The notes: generated from the sequence alone by a model not told the origin. A DNA stretch of 25,016 nucleotides from Gammaproteobacteria bacterium (GCA_011322575.1 DRMK01000316.1:1-25016); one strand, 5' to 3'. Positions 1 through 9,152 are shown, counted from the stretch's first letter. A program made the numbers and translations.

Positions 1-2
1 CC

Positions 3-1802
3 ACCGGATATGTGCGCGCCAACTCTCCCTGGCAGCATCTGGAGTCGGTGTGGTACTCCCGGCCGGTGGATCGCCTGCGAACCCGGCTGAGGCGGCTCAT
101 CGCCGGGCAGATAGGCGACCACCCCTTCTCCGGTCTCGTAACCGCTCTGGCAATTGGAGAACGCGGATCCATCCCGAACCGGCAGTGGGATACTCTTGCC
201 GCGACCGGCACCAGCCACCTGATGGCCATATCCGGGCTGCATATCGGACTGATCGCCGGTCTGGCCTTCTTTCTGGGGCGTTATCTATGGACCCTGTGCG
301 GCCGGGCGGCCCTGATCGTTCCGGCGCCACAGGCCGCCGCCGCGTTGGCCTTGCTGCTGGCCGCCGCATACGCCGCCCTGGCCGGGTTCTCGATACCTAC
401 CCGGAGAGCGTTGATCATGGTTGCGGCGGTCATGGTGGCTCTGCTGTTGCGCAGGCAGGTTACCCCGGCCCGAGCGCTCCTGCTGGCGCTAGGCGGAGTG
501 TTGTTAATGGATCCCGTGGCGGTGGTTACGGCGGGGTTCTGGCTCTCCTTCGCCGCGGTGGCGGTGATTCTGTATGGACTGGGCGGGCGGCTCCGCGGAA
601 CCGGCGGCTGGAGACAGTGGGGGCGGGTGCAGTGGGTGGTAGCGCTGGGGCTGCTGCCTCTGCTGGCGCTCTTCTTTCAACAGGTGCCACTGCTCTCGCC
701 ACTGGCCAACCTGCTCGCGGTACCTTGGGTCAGCATGGCGGTGGTGCCGCTGACTCTGCTCGGCGCCGCCTGCGTGCTGCTCTATCCGCCCCTGGGTGGC
801 TGGCTGCTCGGCCTGGCGGCAGATCTGCTGGGGTGGCTGTGGCCAATCCTGGAGTGGCTGGCAGGGCTGGATTTCTCCCGTTGGCAACCTGGCGGGGAGC
901 CCTCCTCGTGGGCGCTGGCGGCCGCCGCCATCGGGATCCTCTGGATGCTGGCGCCACGGGGTGTTCCGGCGCGCTGGGTCGGGGGCGTCTGGCTGCTGCC
1001 GCTGGTCGTTGCCGCTCCGCAACGGCCTGCGCCGGGTGAGGCCTGGTTTACCCTGCTGGACGTGGGGCAGGGTTTGGCGGCAGTGGTGCAGACCCGCAAC
1101 CATACGCTGGTATATGACACCGGCCCGAAATTCAGCGACCGGTTCGATACCGGCGCCGCGGTGGTCGTCCCCTTTCTGCGCAACGCAGGTGTCCAAACGG
1201 TGGACGTGCTGATGGTTGGTCACGGTGATAACGACCATATCGGTGGCGCGGCGTCGCTGCTGCGCAGCTACGATGTTCGGCGCATCCTGAGCACCGTTCC
1301 CGAGAGGTTGTCCGAGGGAGCGGAGCCGTGCAGGCGGGGAGAGAGCTGGCGCTGGGACGGAGTGCGGTTTACGATTCTGCATCCCGAAGCGGACGGCACG
1401 ATGGCGGGTAATGATGCCTCCTGTGTTCTCCGGGTGGAGAGTGGTGGCGGCGCGCTGTTGCTGACCGGGGACATAGAGCGGCGCGCCGAGCGGGAGCTGC
1501 TGGCAGAGTATCCGCGGCAGCTGGCAGCGGCCATCCTGGTAGCGCCCCACCATGGTAGCAAGAGCTCCTCCCAGCGCCGCTTCGTCGCCGCGGTTGACCC
1601 GAAATATGTGCTGTTTCCCGTGGGTTACCGCAACCGTTTTCACCACCCCCACCCGCAGGTGGCGCGGCGCTACCGGGAGGAGGGGGCGCTGCTGCTGGAT
1701 AGCGCCAGCCTTGGCGCCATCCGCTTCAGGCTTGACGAAAAGGGGATCTCTGCCCCGGAATCATACCGCCTCTCCGCACGGCATTACTGGAACGCTGGCT
1801 GA
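3..1802 (+). CDS. comEC: DNA internalization competence protein ComEC/Rec2, 5'-truncated by the window edge
   Basis: Frame is open from the window start. HLMAISGLHI competence-domain motif, many hydrophobic helices, then a metallo-beta-lactamase-like domain (LDVGQG, HGDNDHIGG, PHHGS). The track's start at 12 is not the true start. Confidence 0.95.
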   Translation, partial: TGYVRANSPWQHLESVWYSRPVDRLRTRLRRLIAGQIGDHPFSGLVTALAIGERGSIPNRQWDTLAATGTSHLMAISGLHIGLIAGLAFFLGRYLWTLCGRAALIVPAPQAAAALALLLAAAYAALAGFSIPTRRALIMVAAVMVALLLRRQVTPARALLLALGGVLLMDPVAVVTAGFWLSFAAVAVILYGLGGRLRGTGGWRQWGRVQWVVALGLLPLLALFFQQVPLLSPLANLLAVPWVSMAVVPLTLLGAACVLLYPPLGGWLLGLAADLLGWLWPILEWLAGLDFSRWQPGGEPSSWALAAAAIGILWMLAPRGVPARWVGGVWLLPLVVAAPQRPAPGEAWFTLLDVGQGLAAVVQTRNHTLVYDTGPKFSDRFDTGAAVVVPFLRNAGVQTVDVLMVGHGDNDHIGGAASLLRSYDVRRILSTVPERLSEGAEPCRRGESWRWDGVRFTILHPEADGTMAGNDASCVLRVESGGGALLLTGDIERRAERELLAEYPRQLAAAILVAPHHGSKSSSQRRFVAAVDPKYVLFPVGYRNRFHHPHPQVARRYREEGALLLDSASLGAIRFRLDEKGISAPESYRLSARHYWNAG

Positions 1803-1805
1803 AAC

Positions 1806-2076
1806 GGCTTTTCCCCGAATCGTGGGGGTGAAATGGCAAATCATCCTTGACAGGCAGAATGCACGCCACATACTCGGTAGCCAGAAGGGGATTGGGGCTG
1901 TCTGGCTGGAGACTGCCAGGTGTCCCCATACCTGCGCCAACTGCAAGTGGTCCGGCTATCCCAAAGCGTCCCCAATCCCCTTCTGCCGACCATCTTCCGG
2001 CGTGCATTCTGCCTGTCAAGGACGGAGCCGCTATGCGGTGATTTGCCATTTCACCCCCACGATTCGGGGAAAAGCC
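1806..2076. repeat. 271-bp interrupted inverted repeat (long hairpin, MITE-like)
   Basis: Three perfect reverse-complement arm pairs: 1806-1843 with 2039-2076 (38 bp), 1844-1867 with 1999-2022 (24 bp), 1882-1897 with 1970-1985 (16 bp). 72-nt central loop. Fills almost all of the 1803-2084 spacer. Confidence 0.95.
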
Positions 2077-2084
2077 ACGGAAAC

Positions 2085-2483
2085 CTACTGCCGTTTCGGC
2101 ACCAGCAGGCTCTCCACCCACGGCAGCAGCGATGCGAATCCCAGCCACCCCACTGTCCAGGCCAGCAGGGCGCCCAGGCCGTTGGCGACCATGTCGGCCG
2201 GATCGAAAACCCGCATGCCGCTGATCCCCTGCAGATATTCGAGCCCTACCCCCATCCCGGTGAACAGGCACAGCAGCAACAGCCTGGCACCTCGTGCCGG
2301 ATAGAGTTGCTGGAACCACCACATCAGCACGAAGTAGGCCAGAAGGTGCAGATATTTGTCGCCGTAGTCAATCCTCAGTTCCACCGGCCTCGGGGTAAGC
2401 GAGAGGTAAAATACCAGGGCCACCATACCCCAGCCCATGGCGAGCCACAGCGGACGGTATCTCAAGGCTCCGTCGGTATGCAT
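2085..2483 (-). CDS. VanZ-family small membrane protein
   Basis: 132 aa, about 4 hydrophobic segments, family-like motifs DKYLHLLAYFVL and EYLQ...R.FDPADMVANGLG. Start is 1 nt after the uppP stop. Confidence 0.8.
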   Translation of the reverse strand: MHTDGALRYRPLWLAMGWGMVALVFYLSLTPRPVELRIDYGDKYLHLLAYFVLMWWFQQLYPARGARLLLLCLFTGMGVGLEYLQGISGMRVFDPADMVANGLGALLAWTVGWLGFASLLPWVESLLVPKRQ

Positions 2484-2484
2484 C

Positions 2485-3282
2485 TCAGAGGAATATGTAG
2501 AACAGGAACAGCCCCAGCAGCAGCCGGTAGATCACGAACGGCGTCATGCCGACACGTTCCAGCAGCTTGAGGAACCAGTGCACGCAGAGATAGGCGCTCA
2601 GCGCCGACAGCAGCGTCCCCAGGATCAGGGCCAGCCAGTCCACCGGCGCATCCATCCGCAGCAGATCCAGTGTCTTGAGTCCCCCGGCCAGCAGGATGAT
2701 CGGGATCGAGAGCAGGAACGAGAAGCGCGCCGCCCCCTCCCGGGTGAGTCCCAGCATCAGCGCTGCGGTCATGGTGATCCCCGAGCGTGATGTCCCCGGG
2801 ATCAGGGCCAGGGCCTGGGCGCAACCGATCAACAGCACGTCCAGCCAGCCCAGGGAGTATTCGTCTCGCTCCCTGCGTCCCCGGGTGTCGGCCCACCACA
2901 GCAGCAAACCGAACAGGACGGTGGTGGTGGCAATCACCAGCGGCGAGCGCAGGCCGGTTTCGATGAAATCCTTGAACAGCAGCCCCGCCAGCCCCGCCGG
3001 CACAGTTCCCAGCAATACCCCCCAGGCCAGCCTGCTGTTGGGGGTGGACTCCCCCCCGGCGAGGGAGACTCCCCACTCCCGCGCCATGACCATCAGCTCC
3101 TCCCTGAAATACCATACCACTGCCACGAGGGTCCCGATATGTACCGCGACGTCGAACGCCAGCCCCTGATCCTGCCAGCCGGTCAGCACCGGCACTAGGA
3201 TGAGATGGGCCGAACTGGATATGGGCAGGAACTCGGTCAGCCCCTGCAGCAGCGCCAGCACCACGATCTGGATCAGATCCAT
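2485..3282 (-). CDS. uppP: Undecaprenyl-diphosphate phosphatase UppP/BacA
   Basis: Signature motifs [16 protein letters not shown] and [12 protein letters not shown], plus [11 protein letters not shown]; 265 aa. Confidence 0.97.
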   Translation of the reverse strand: MDLIQIVVLALLQGLTEFLPISSSAHLILVPVLTGWQDQGLAFDVAVHIGTLVAVVWYFREELMVMAREWGVSLAGGESTPNSRLAWGVLLGTVPAGLAGLLFKDFIETGLRSPLVIATTTVLFGLLLWWADTRGRRERDEYSLGWLDVLLIGCAQALALIPGTSRSGITMTAALMLGLTREGAARFSFLLSIPIILLAGGLKTLDLLRMDAPVDWLALILGTLLSALSAYLCVHWFLKLLERVGMTPFVIYRLLLGLFLFYIFL

Positions 3283-3283
3283 C

Positions 3284-4498
3284 CTACAGCTTCCCCCTTA
3301 GATCACGAAGCATGAAACCCTGAAGCGGTATTTCCGCCAATCCTCTGCCGACTGCCATCACCTTGAACAGCTCGCCCATCTCCTGTGGCATGGTCAGGGT
3401 TCTGACCTGCTGGCTCAGCCTGAGACGGTCGGGCAGGCCATCCGGCATCTCCCGCAGCGCTTGCTCCAGGCCCGTGGCCAGCAGAAAGTGGGCCTGGGTG
3501 GTGTAGCCATACAGCTCCAAACCGGCCGCCGTGGCCGTTTCTGCCAGGGCGGTGAAATTTACGTGGCAGGTGATGTCCTGCAGGCCGGGCAGGATCAGAG
3601 GATCCGGATGGGCTCGGTGGCGGTAGTGACACATCAGCGTGCCGCCATTACGCTGCGGGTGATAGAATTCGTGCTCCGGAAAACCGTAGTCGATCAGCAG
3701 GATTACCCCCTCCTCCAGCAGAGTGCCGACGGTGTGCAGCCACCGTTCGGCCGCCAGGCCGATCTCCGATTGGTAACCGTCGGGCAGCGAGGACGTTATC
3801 CGCTGCAACCGCTCCTCCAGCGGCCTGTTGCTGACAGGGGCGCATCTCCAGTGAAACCCGTCCTCGTCGTATGTCACGAAGAGCTCTTCCGCTCCATGTT
3901 CGCCCACCCGGAAAAGATGCACCGGCATGGCGTCCAGCAGTTCGTTGGCCAGCACTACCCCACGCAGGGGGGATTGCGGCTGGGTATCCAGCCACTCGAC
4001 CCGCTCCAGCAGGTGTGCCGCGCTGCATTGCAGCGTCGCCCGCTGCCGCTCGCGCAGTTCGGCGCTCAGCTCCAGGATGAAGTAGCTGCGCGGCAGACCG
4101 TTCAGCCGCTCCAGCTCCAGAAGCACCTCCGCCGCCATCACCCCCGATCCGGCTCCGGCCTCCACGATCACCCCGTCGTCTCCCAGTACCTCCAGCACCT
4201 GATGCGCCTGGCGCGCAATGCAACGGGAGAACAGAGGGGAGATCTCGGGGGCGGTGACGAAGTCCCCCTCCGCCCCGAACTTGCGGCTTCCGCCGCTGTA
4301 GTATCCCAGGCCGGGGGCGTACAGGGCCATCTCCATGAAGCGGGCAAAGCTGATGGCGCCGCCGTTCCCGTCCATTTCGCGGCGCAGCAGCGCCGACAGC
4401 CGCGCGCTGTGCGCCGCGGCGTCGCTGCCGGGGTCAGGCAGGCCAAGCGGGGCGGCCGCGCGCTGCGCCCGGGTGCGCGGGTAAACGGGTTGGTTCAT
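3284..4498 (-). CDS. SAM-dependent methyltransferase, MidA/NDUFAF7 family
   Basis: [33 protein letters not shown]-binding [36 protein letters not shown]; 404 aa. Confidence 0.92.
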   Translation of the reverse strand: MNQPVYPRTRAQRAAAPLGLPDPGSDAAAHSARLSALLRREMDGNGGAISFARFMEMALYAPGLGYYSGGSRKFGAEGDFVTAPEISPLFSRCIARQAHQVLEVLGDDGVIVEAGAGSGVMAAEVLLELERLNGLPRSYFILELSAELRERQRATLQCSAAHLLERVEWLDTQPQSPLRGVVLANELLDAMPVHLFRVGEHGAEELFVTYDEDGFHWRCAPVSNRPLEERLQRITSSLPDGYQSEIGLAAERWLHTVGTLLEEGVILLIDYGFPEHEFYHPQRNGGTLMCHYRHRAHPDPLILPGLQDITCHVNFTALAETATAAGLELYGYTTQAHFLLATGLEQALREMPDGLPDRLRLSQQVRTLTMPQEMGELFKVMAVGRGLAEIPLQGFMLRDLRGKL

Positions 4499-4568
4499 GC
4501 TATAAATTCTGGTTATGGGACCATGTTTGCGGTACAGTAATTGCTAACAGACCGCAAAGGGGAAACCC

Positions 4569-5324
4569 GTGCAGGATAACACACCCCTTCTGGCAGGCAA
4601 GGTGGCGCTTATCACCGGCGCGGCCCACCGTATCGGCGCGGCGTTGGCGCGGGGGCTGCACCGCCAGGGAATGAACCTTGCCATCCACTATCACACCTCT
4701 CGCGGCGCGGCGCTCTCTCTCCAGCATGTATTGAACCGGCAGCGGGAGGAGTCGGTAATCCTGATCCAGGCCGATCTGACCGAGACCAGCAAGATCTCCT
4801 CCATCGTCAAGCAGGCGAGCGAGGCGTGGGGGCATCTGGATGTATTGATCAACAACGCCTCCAGTTTCTATCCAACTGAAATCGGCACTGCCGACGAGCG
4901 CTGCTGGGAGCAGTTGATTGGCACCAATCTCAAGGCACCGTTCTTTCTCTGCCAGGCGGCCGCCCCTTACCTGGCTGCCCGCGGCGGCAGTATCGTCAAC
5001 ATAGCAGACATCCATGCTCTGCGCCCTCTCAAAAAATATCCCATCTACAGCATCACCAAGGCAGGGATAATCATGCTGACCAAAGCCATGGCCTGCGAGC
5101 TGGGGCCCGAGGTGCGGGTCAACGCGGTCGCCCCCGGAGCCATCCTGTGGCCGGAACAGGAACTGGACGAGCTCGCCAAGCAGCGCATCATCTCGCGCAC
5201 CTTTCTCAAGCGCCAGGGATCGCCGGAAGACGTGCTGCGCGCGGTGCTCTATCTTATCCGGGACGCGGACTATGTGAGTGGCGAGATCCTTACCGTGGAC
5301 GGGGGCCGGTCGGTCAACAGTTGA
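4569..5324 (+). CDS. folM: Pteridine reductase (FolM/PTR1-like short-chain dehydrogenase)
   Basis: TGAAHRIG, IHYHTS, LINNASSFYPT, catalytic YSITK, VNAVAPGAILWP, VDGGR; GTG start. Confidence 0.88.
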   Translation: MQDNTPLLAGKVALITGAAHRIGAALARGLHRQGMNLAIHYHTSRGAALSLQHVLNRQREESVILIQADLTETSKISSIVKQASEAWGHLDVLINNASSFYPTEIGTADERCWEQLIGTNLKAPFFLCQAAAPYLAARGGSIVNIADIHALRPLKKYPIYSITKAGIIMLTKAMACELGPEVRVNAVAPGAILWPEQELDELAKQRIISRTFLKRQGSPEDVLRAVLYLIRDADYVSGEILTVDGGRSVNS

Positions 5325-5349
5325 GTTGCGGCCGGATGTTGCCGATACT
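5321..5349 (+). promoter_or_regulatory. Candidate sigma70 promoter for the small membrane protein-rlmE-ftsH unit
   Basis: TTGAGT (5321-5326), 17 nt, GATACT (5344-5349). The -35 box overlaps the folM stop codon. Pattern match only. Confidence 0.35.
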
Positions 5350-5390
5350 TGGGTTTTTCCCGAAACATGCTGTTTGTACGGTCTGTCGCT

Positions 5391-5669
5391 ATGGAACCGC
5401 AACGTAACGATTCCCGCAGGATGAGAGGCATCGGCGTAGCTCCCAGCCCGCTCAACAAGGTCAAATTCGAGCTGGGAGTGGTGCTGGTGGCGCTGCCGCT
5501 GCTATGGCTGGTGGTGGAACGGTTGGTGGACGGCTGGGTAGCGCAACTGGCGCTGCTGCTCGTGGCCGGCTGTACGGCGGCGGTCTGGCTGGTGTTGCGC
5601 ACCCGTTCCGTTTTGCGGCGGCTGGAGCTGGAGCAGCGGGGAGTGGAGAGTGGCGCGCAGCAAGAGTAG
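5391..5669 (+). CDS. Small hypothetical membrane protein (92 aa, two predicted TM helices)
   Basis: ATG at 5391 within track ORF 5349-5669. Hydrophobic stretches [15 protein letters not shown] and [20 protein letters not shown], charged C-terminus. Overlaps the rlmE start by 20 nt. Start codon uncertain. Confidence 0.65.
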   Translation: MEPQRNDSRRMRGIGVAPSPLNKVKFELGVVLVALPLLWLVVERLVDGWVAQLALLLVAGCTAAVWLVLRTRSVLRRLELEQRGVESGAQQE

Positions 5670-6270
5670 CTCCCGCTGGCTGCGGGAGCATTTCGACGAC
5701 CACTATGTGAAGCGCGCTCGGCAGGATGGCTTCCGCTGTCGGGCCAGCTACAAGCTGCTGGAGATCCAGCAGAGGGATGGCCTGCTGGGGCCGGGAATGA
5801 CGGTGGTGGATCTGGGCGCGGCCCCGGGTGGATGGTCTCAGCTGGCCGCCCGGCTGGTCGGCGGAGCGGGCCGCGTGGTGGCGCTGGATATCCTGCCGAT
5901 GGATCCACTGCCTGGGGTGGAGTTCATCCAGGGGGATTTTCGCGGGCAGGGGGTTTACGAGCTGCTGCTGGATCGGCTGGCTGGCCGGCCAGCGGATCTT
6001 GTATTGTCTGATATGGCCCCCAATATTACGGGGGTAAAGGCGGTGGATCAGCCGCGAGCCATCTATCTGGCCGAGCTGGCGCTGGATTTTGCCCGTAACG
6101 TGCTCAGACCGGGGGGAGATCTGCTGGTCAAGACATTCGAGGGAGAGGGGATGGAGGGTTTGCGGAGTGAGCTGCGCGGCTCGTTCCGCAAGGTGGTCAC
6201 CCGCAAGCCCGCGGCTTCGCGGCCCCGTTCGCGGGAGGTGTACCTGCTGGCGAGAAACCATATATTGTAG
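5650..6270 (+). CDS. rlmE: 23S rRNA (U2552-2'-O)-methyltransferase RlmE/FtsJ
   Basis: [58 protein letters not shown]. Confidence 0.98.
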   Translation: MARSKSSSRWLREHFDDHYVKRARQDGFRCRASYKLLEIQQRDGLLGPGMTVVDLGAAPGGWSQLAARLVGGAGRVVALDILPMDPLPGVEFIQGDFRGQGVYELLLDRLAGRPADLVLSDMAPNITGVKAVDQPRAIYLAELALDFARNVLRPGGDLLVKTFEGEGMEGLRSELRGSFRKVVTRKPAASRPRSREVYLLARNHIL

Positions 6271-6333
6271 TAACGTAGGGCGCGCGGTGTCTGCGGATGC
6301 CGCGGTTGTAACGGAAGAGTCGAGAGGCATATT

Positions 6334-8265
6334 TTGAACGACATCGTAAAAAACATTCTGCTGTGGGTGGTCATTGCGGTCATCCTGATGGCCGTATTCA
6401 ACAATTTTACCCCCCACCAGCAGGCGGCCCAGCCACTGGAGTACTCCCGCTTCATCTCCGACGTGCGTGACGGACGGGTGAAAAGGGTGATGATTGAGGG
6501 GCGCACCATTCGTGGCGTCACCACGGATGACAACACCTTTGTCACCTACAGCCCGGGCGACCCCGGCCTGATAGGAGATCTGCTCAACAACAACGTGGTA
6601 ATCGACGCACGGCCTCCCGAGCAGCAGTCGCTGCTGGTGCAGATCTTCATCTCCTGGTTCCCGATGCTGCTGCTGATAGCGGTCTGGATCTTCTTCATGC
6701 GCCAGATGCAGGGCGGCGCCGGGGGGCGTGGCGCCATGTCGTTCGGCAAGAGCCGGGCGCGCATGCTGGGCGAGAACCAGGTCAAGATCACATTCAACGA
6801 CGTGGCCGGCGCCGAGGAGGCCAAAGAGGACGTGGCGGAGCTGGTGGAGTTCCTGCGTGAACCGGCCAAGTTCCAGAAACTGGGCGGCAAGATCCCGCAG
6901 GGGGTATTGATGGTAGGGCCGCCTGGAACCGGCAAGACCCTGCTGGCCAAGGCCATCGCCGGTGAGGCCAAGGTGCCGTTCTTCACCATCTCCGGCTCCG
7001 ATTTCGTGGAGATGTTCGTGGGTGTGGGTGCATCGCGGGTGCGGGACATGTTCGAGCAGGCCAAGAAGCACGCCCCCTGCATCATCTTCATCGACGAGAT
7101 CGACGCGGTGGGCCGCCATCGTGGTGCCGGTCTCGGTGGCGGGCACGACGAGCGCGAGCAGACCCTCAACCAGCTGCTGGTGGAGATGGATGGCTTCGAG
7201 GGCAACGAGGGAGTAATCGTGATCGCCGCCACCAACCGTCCCGACGTGCTGGACCCGGCCCTGCTGCGCCCCGGCCGTTTTGATCGTCAGGTGGTGGTGC
7301 CGCTGCCGGATCTGCGCGGCCGGGAGCAGATTCTGAAGGTGCACATGCGCAAGGTGCCGGTAGCCGACGACGTGCAGGCATCGGTCATCGCGCGCGGCAC
7401 GCCTGGATTCTCCGGGGCGGATCTGGCCAACCTGGTCAATGAGGCGGCCCTGTTCGCGGCCCGTGCCGGAGAGCGCACCGTCTCCATGGCCGATTTCGAG
7501 AAGGCCAAGGACAAGATCATGATGGGCGCGGAGCGCAAGTCCATGGTGATGAGCGAGGAGGAGAAGAAGCTCACCGCCTACCACGAATCCGGCCATGCCA
7601 TCGTGGGGCGCCTGGTGCCGGAGCACGATCCGGTGCACAAGGTGACCATCATCCCGCGCGGCCGCGCCCTCGGGGTGACCATGTTCCTGCCCACCGAGGA
7701 TCGCTACAGCTACAGCAAGCAGCGCCTGGAGAGCCAGATCTGCAGCCTGTTTGGCGGCCGTATCGCGGAGGAGCTGGTGTTCGGTCCCGAGAAGGTGACC
7801 ACCGGCGCCTCCAACGACATCCAGCGCACCACCGAGATCGCCCGCAACATGGTGACCAAGTGGGGGCTGTCGGAGCGCCTTGGCCCGCTCACCTACAGCG
7901 AGGAGGAGGGGGAGGTGTTCCTCGGCCACTCGGTGACCCAGCACAAAAATGTCTCTGATGAGACCGCCCATATCATCGACGAGGAGATCCGCTCCATAAT
8001 CGACAGCAACTACCAGCGGGCGAAGGAGATCCTGACGGAAAACATGGACAAGCTGCATCTGATGGCCGACGCGCTGATTAAATACGAGACCATCGACGCG
8101 GCGCAGATCGACGATATCATGGCGGGCAAGCCACCTCGCCCTCCCAAGGACTGGGACGAACCGGAACCGCGCTCCGGTGATGGCAGCAGCGTCGCGGGCA
8201 GCAATCAGGAGAGCGGCGAGGAGAGCAAGAGTGGCACCATAGGCAAGCCAGCGGGCCAGCACTGA
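6334..8265 (+). CDS. ftsH: ATP-dependent zinc metalloprotease FtsH
   Basis: Two N-terminal TM helices, Walker A GPPGTGKT, Walker [30 protein letters not shown], zinc motif HESGH; TTG start. Confidence 0.99.
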   Translation: MNDIVKNILLWVVIAVILMAVFNNFTPHQQAAQPLEYSRFISDVRDGRVKRVMIEGRTIRGVTTDDNTFVTYSPGDPGLIGDLLNNNVVIDARPPEQQSLLVQIFISWFPMLLLIAVWIFFMRQMQGGAGGRGAMSFGKSRARMLGENQVKITFNDVAGAEEAKEDVAELVEFLREPAKFQKLGGKIPQGVLMVGPPGTGKTLLAKAIAGEAKVPFFTISGSDFVEMFVGVGASRVRDMFEQAKKHAPCIIFIDEIDAVGRHRGAGLGGGHDEREQTLNQLLVEMDGFEGNEGVIVIAATNRPDVLDPALLRPGRFDRQVVVPLPDLRGREQILKVHMRKVPVADDVQASVIARGTPGFSGADLANLVNEAALFAARAGERTVSMADFEKAKDKIMMGAERKSMVMSEEEKKLTAYHESGHAIVGRLVPEHDPVHKVTIIPRGRALGVTMFLPTEDRYSYSKQRLESQICSLFGGRIAEELVFGPEKVTTGASNDIQRTTEIARNMVTKWGLSERLGPLTYSEEEGEVFLGHSVTQHKNVSDETAHIIDEEIRSIIDSNYQRAKEILTENMDKLHLMADALIKYETIDAAQIDDIMAGKPPRPPKDWDEPEPRSGDGSSVAGSNQESGEESKSGTIGKPAGQH

Positions 8266-8271
8266 TACCGC

Positions 8272-9120
8272 ATGGAGAGACGCCTGGAGTGTGCGGGCAG
8301 GGAGCTGGATCTCGCTCGGCCGCAGGTAATGGGGATTCTCAATGTCACTCCCGACTCATTTTCGGACGGGGGTGTTTTTTTTGCTCGTGACGCCGCCCTG
8401 GGCCGGGCGAGGGAGATGCACCGGGCCGGAGCCACCATCATTGACGTGGGCGGAGAATCCACGCGGCCGGGCGCCGCTCCGGTAGAGCTGCAGCAGGAGC
8501 TGGATCGGGTGATCCCGGTAATCGAGGCGCTGCGTGGGGAGCTGCCGGCCGTCATATCCGTGGACACCAGCAAACCGGAGGTGATGCGGGAAGCGGTGCG
8601 CGCCGGGGCGGGAATGATCAACGACGTATATGCCCTGCGCCGGCCGGGCGCGCTGGAGGCCGCGGCTGCGGCCGGGGTACCGGTCTGCCTGATGCACATG
8701 CAGGGGGAGCCCCGCACCATGCAGCAGCGCCCCTGTTACCGGAATGTAGTGGAAGAGGTGGGCCGCTTTCTGCGGGAACGCATCGAGAGCTGTCGGGCGG
8801 CGGGGATCGCTCCCGGCCAGCTGTTGATAGATCCCGGCTTTGGTTTTGGCAAGAGTCTGCAGCATAATCTCCAGTTGCTGCAGGGGTTGCCCCGGCTGGC
8901 CGATATGGGATATCCAGTACTGGTGGGGCTGTCGCGCAAATCCATGCTGGGTGCGCTGTTGGGAGAGCGGCCGGTGGACGGAAGGCTGTACGGTGGTCTC
9001 GCTGCCGCCACCCTGGCGGTGTGGCTGGGGGCCTCCATCGTCCGGGTGCACGACGTTGGGCCTGTTGTCGACGCGCTGAAGATAACAGCGGCGCTGCAGC
9101 AGGTTCAGCCTGCAGAGTAA
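8272..9120 (+). CDS. folP: Dihydropteroate synthase
   Basis: [47 protein letters not shown]. Confidence 0.98.
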   Translation: MERRLECAGRELDLARPQVMGILNVTPDSFSDGGVFFARDAALGRAREMHRAGATIIDVGGESTRPGAAPVELQQELDRVIPVIEALRGELPAVISVDTSKPEVMREAVRAGAGMINDVYALRRPGALEAAAAAGVPVCLMHMQGEPRTMQQRPCYRNVVEEVGRFLRERIESCRAAGIAPGQLLIDPGFGFGKSLQHNLQLLQGLPRLADMGYPVLVGLSRKSMLGALLGERPVDGRLYGGLAAATLAVWLGASIVRVHDVGPVVDALKITAALQQVQPAE

Positions 9121-9152
9121 CCGACCATAATCAGAGGGGAAGGGGAAGGAGT

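Noticed and set aside
1834-1850. TGGCA...TTG as a sigma54 promoter
   Set aside because: Spacing is 2 nt too long for the -24/-12 consensus and the -12 reads TTGA, not TTGC.
1806-2076. Long inverted repeat as a retron msr-msd, CRISPR remnant or Tn3 end
   Set aside because: No reverse transcriptase or cas gene nearby, no direct-repeat/spacer periodicity, and no GGGG terminus typical of Tn3 TIRs.
4547-5386. ACAGACCG / CGGTCTGT inverted on either side of folM, suggesting an invertible or mobile cassette
   Set aside because: Only 8 bp, expected by chance at this scale, and no recombinase is present.
5461-8262. 933-aa minus-strand ORF opposite rlmE/ftsH, and similar long antisense ORFs (504-1652, 3461-4540, 13568-14827, 15363-17210, 17289-19112, 19034-21022, 21562-22980)
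   Set aside because: Shadow frames of well-supported genes; stop codons are scarce on the antisense strand of high-GC3 coding DNA and I recognise no domains in them.
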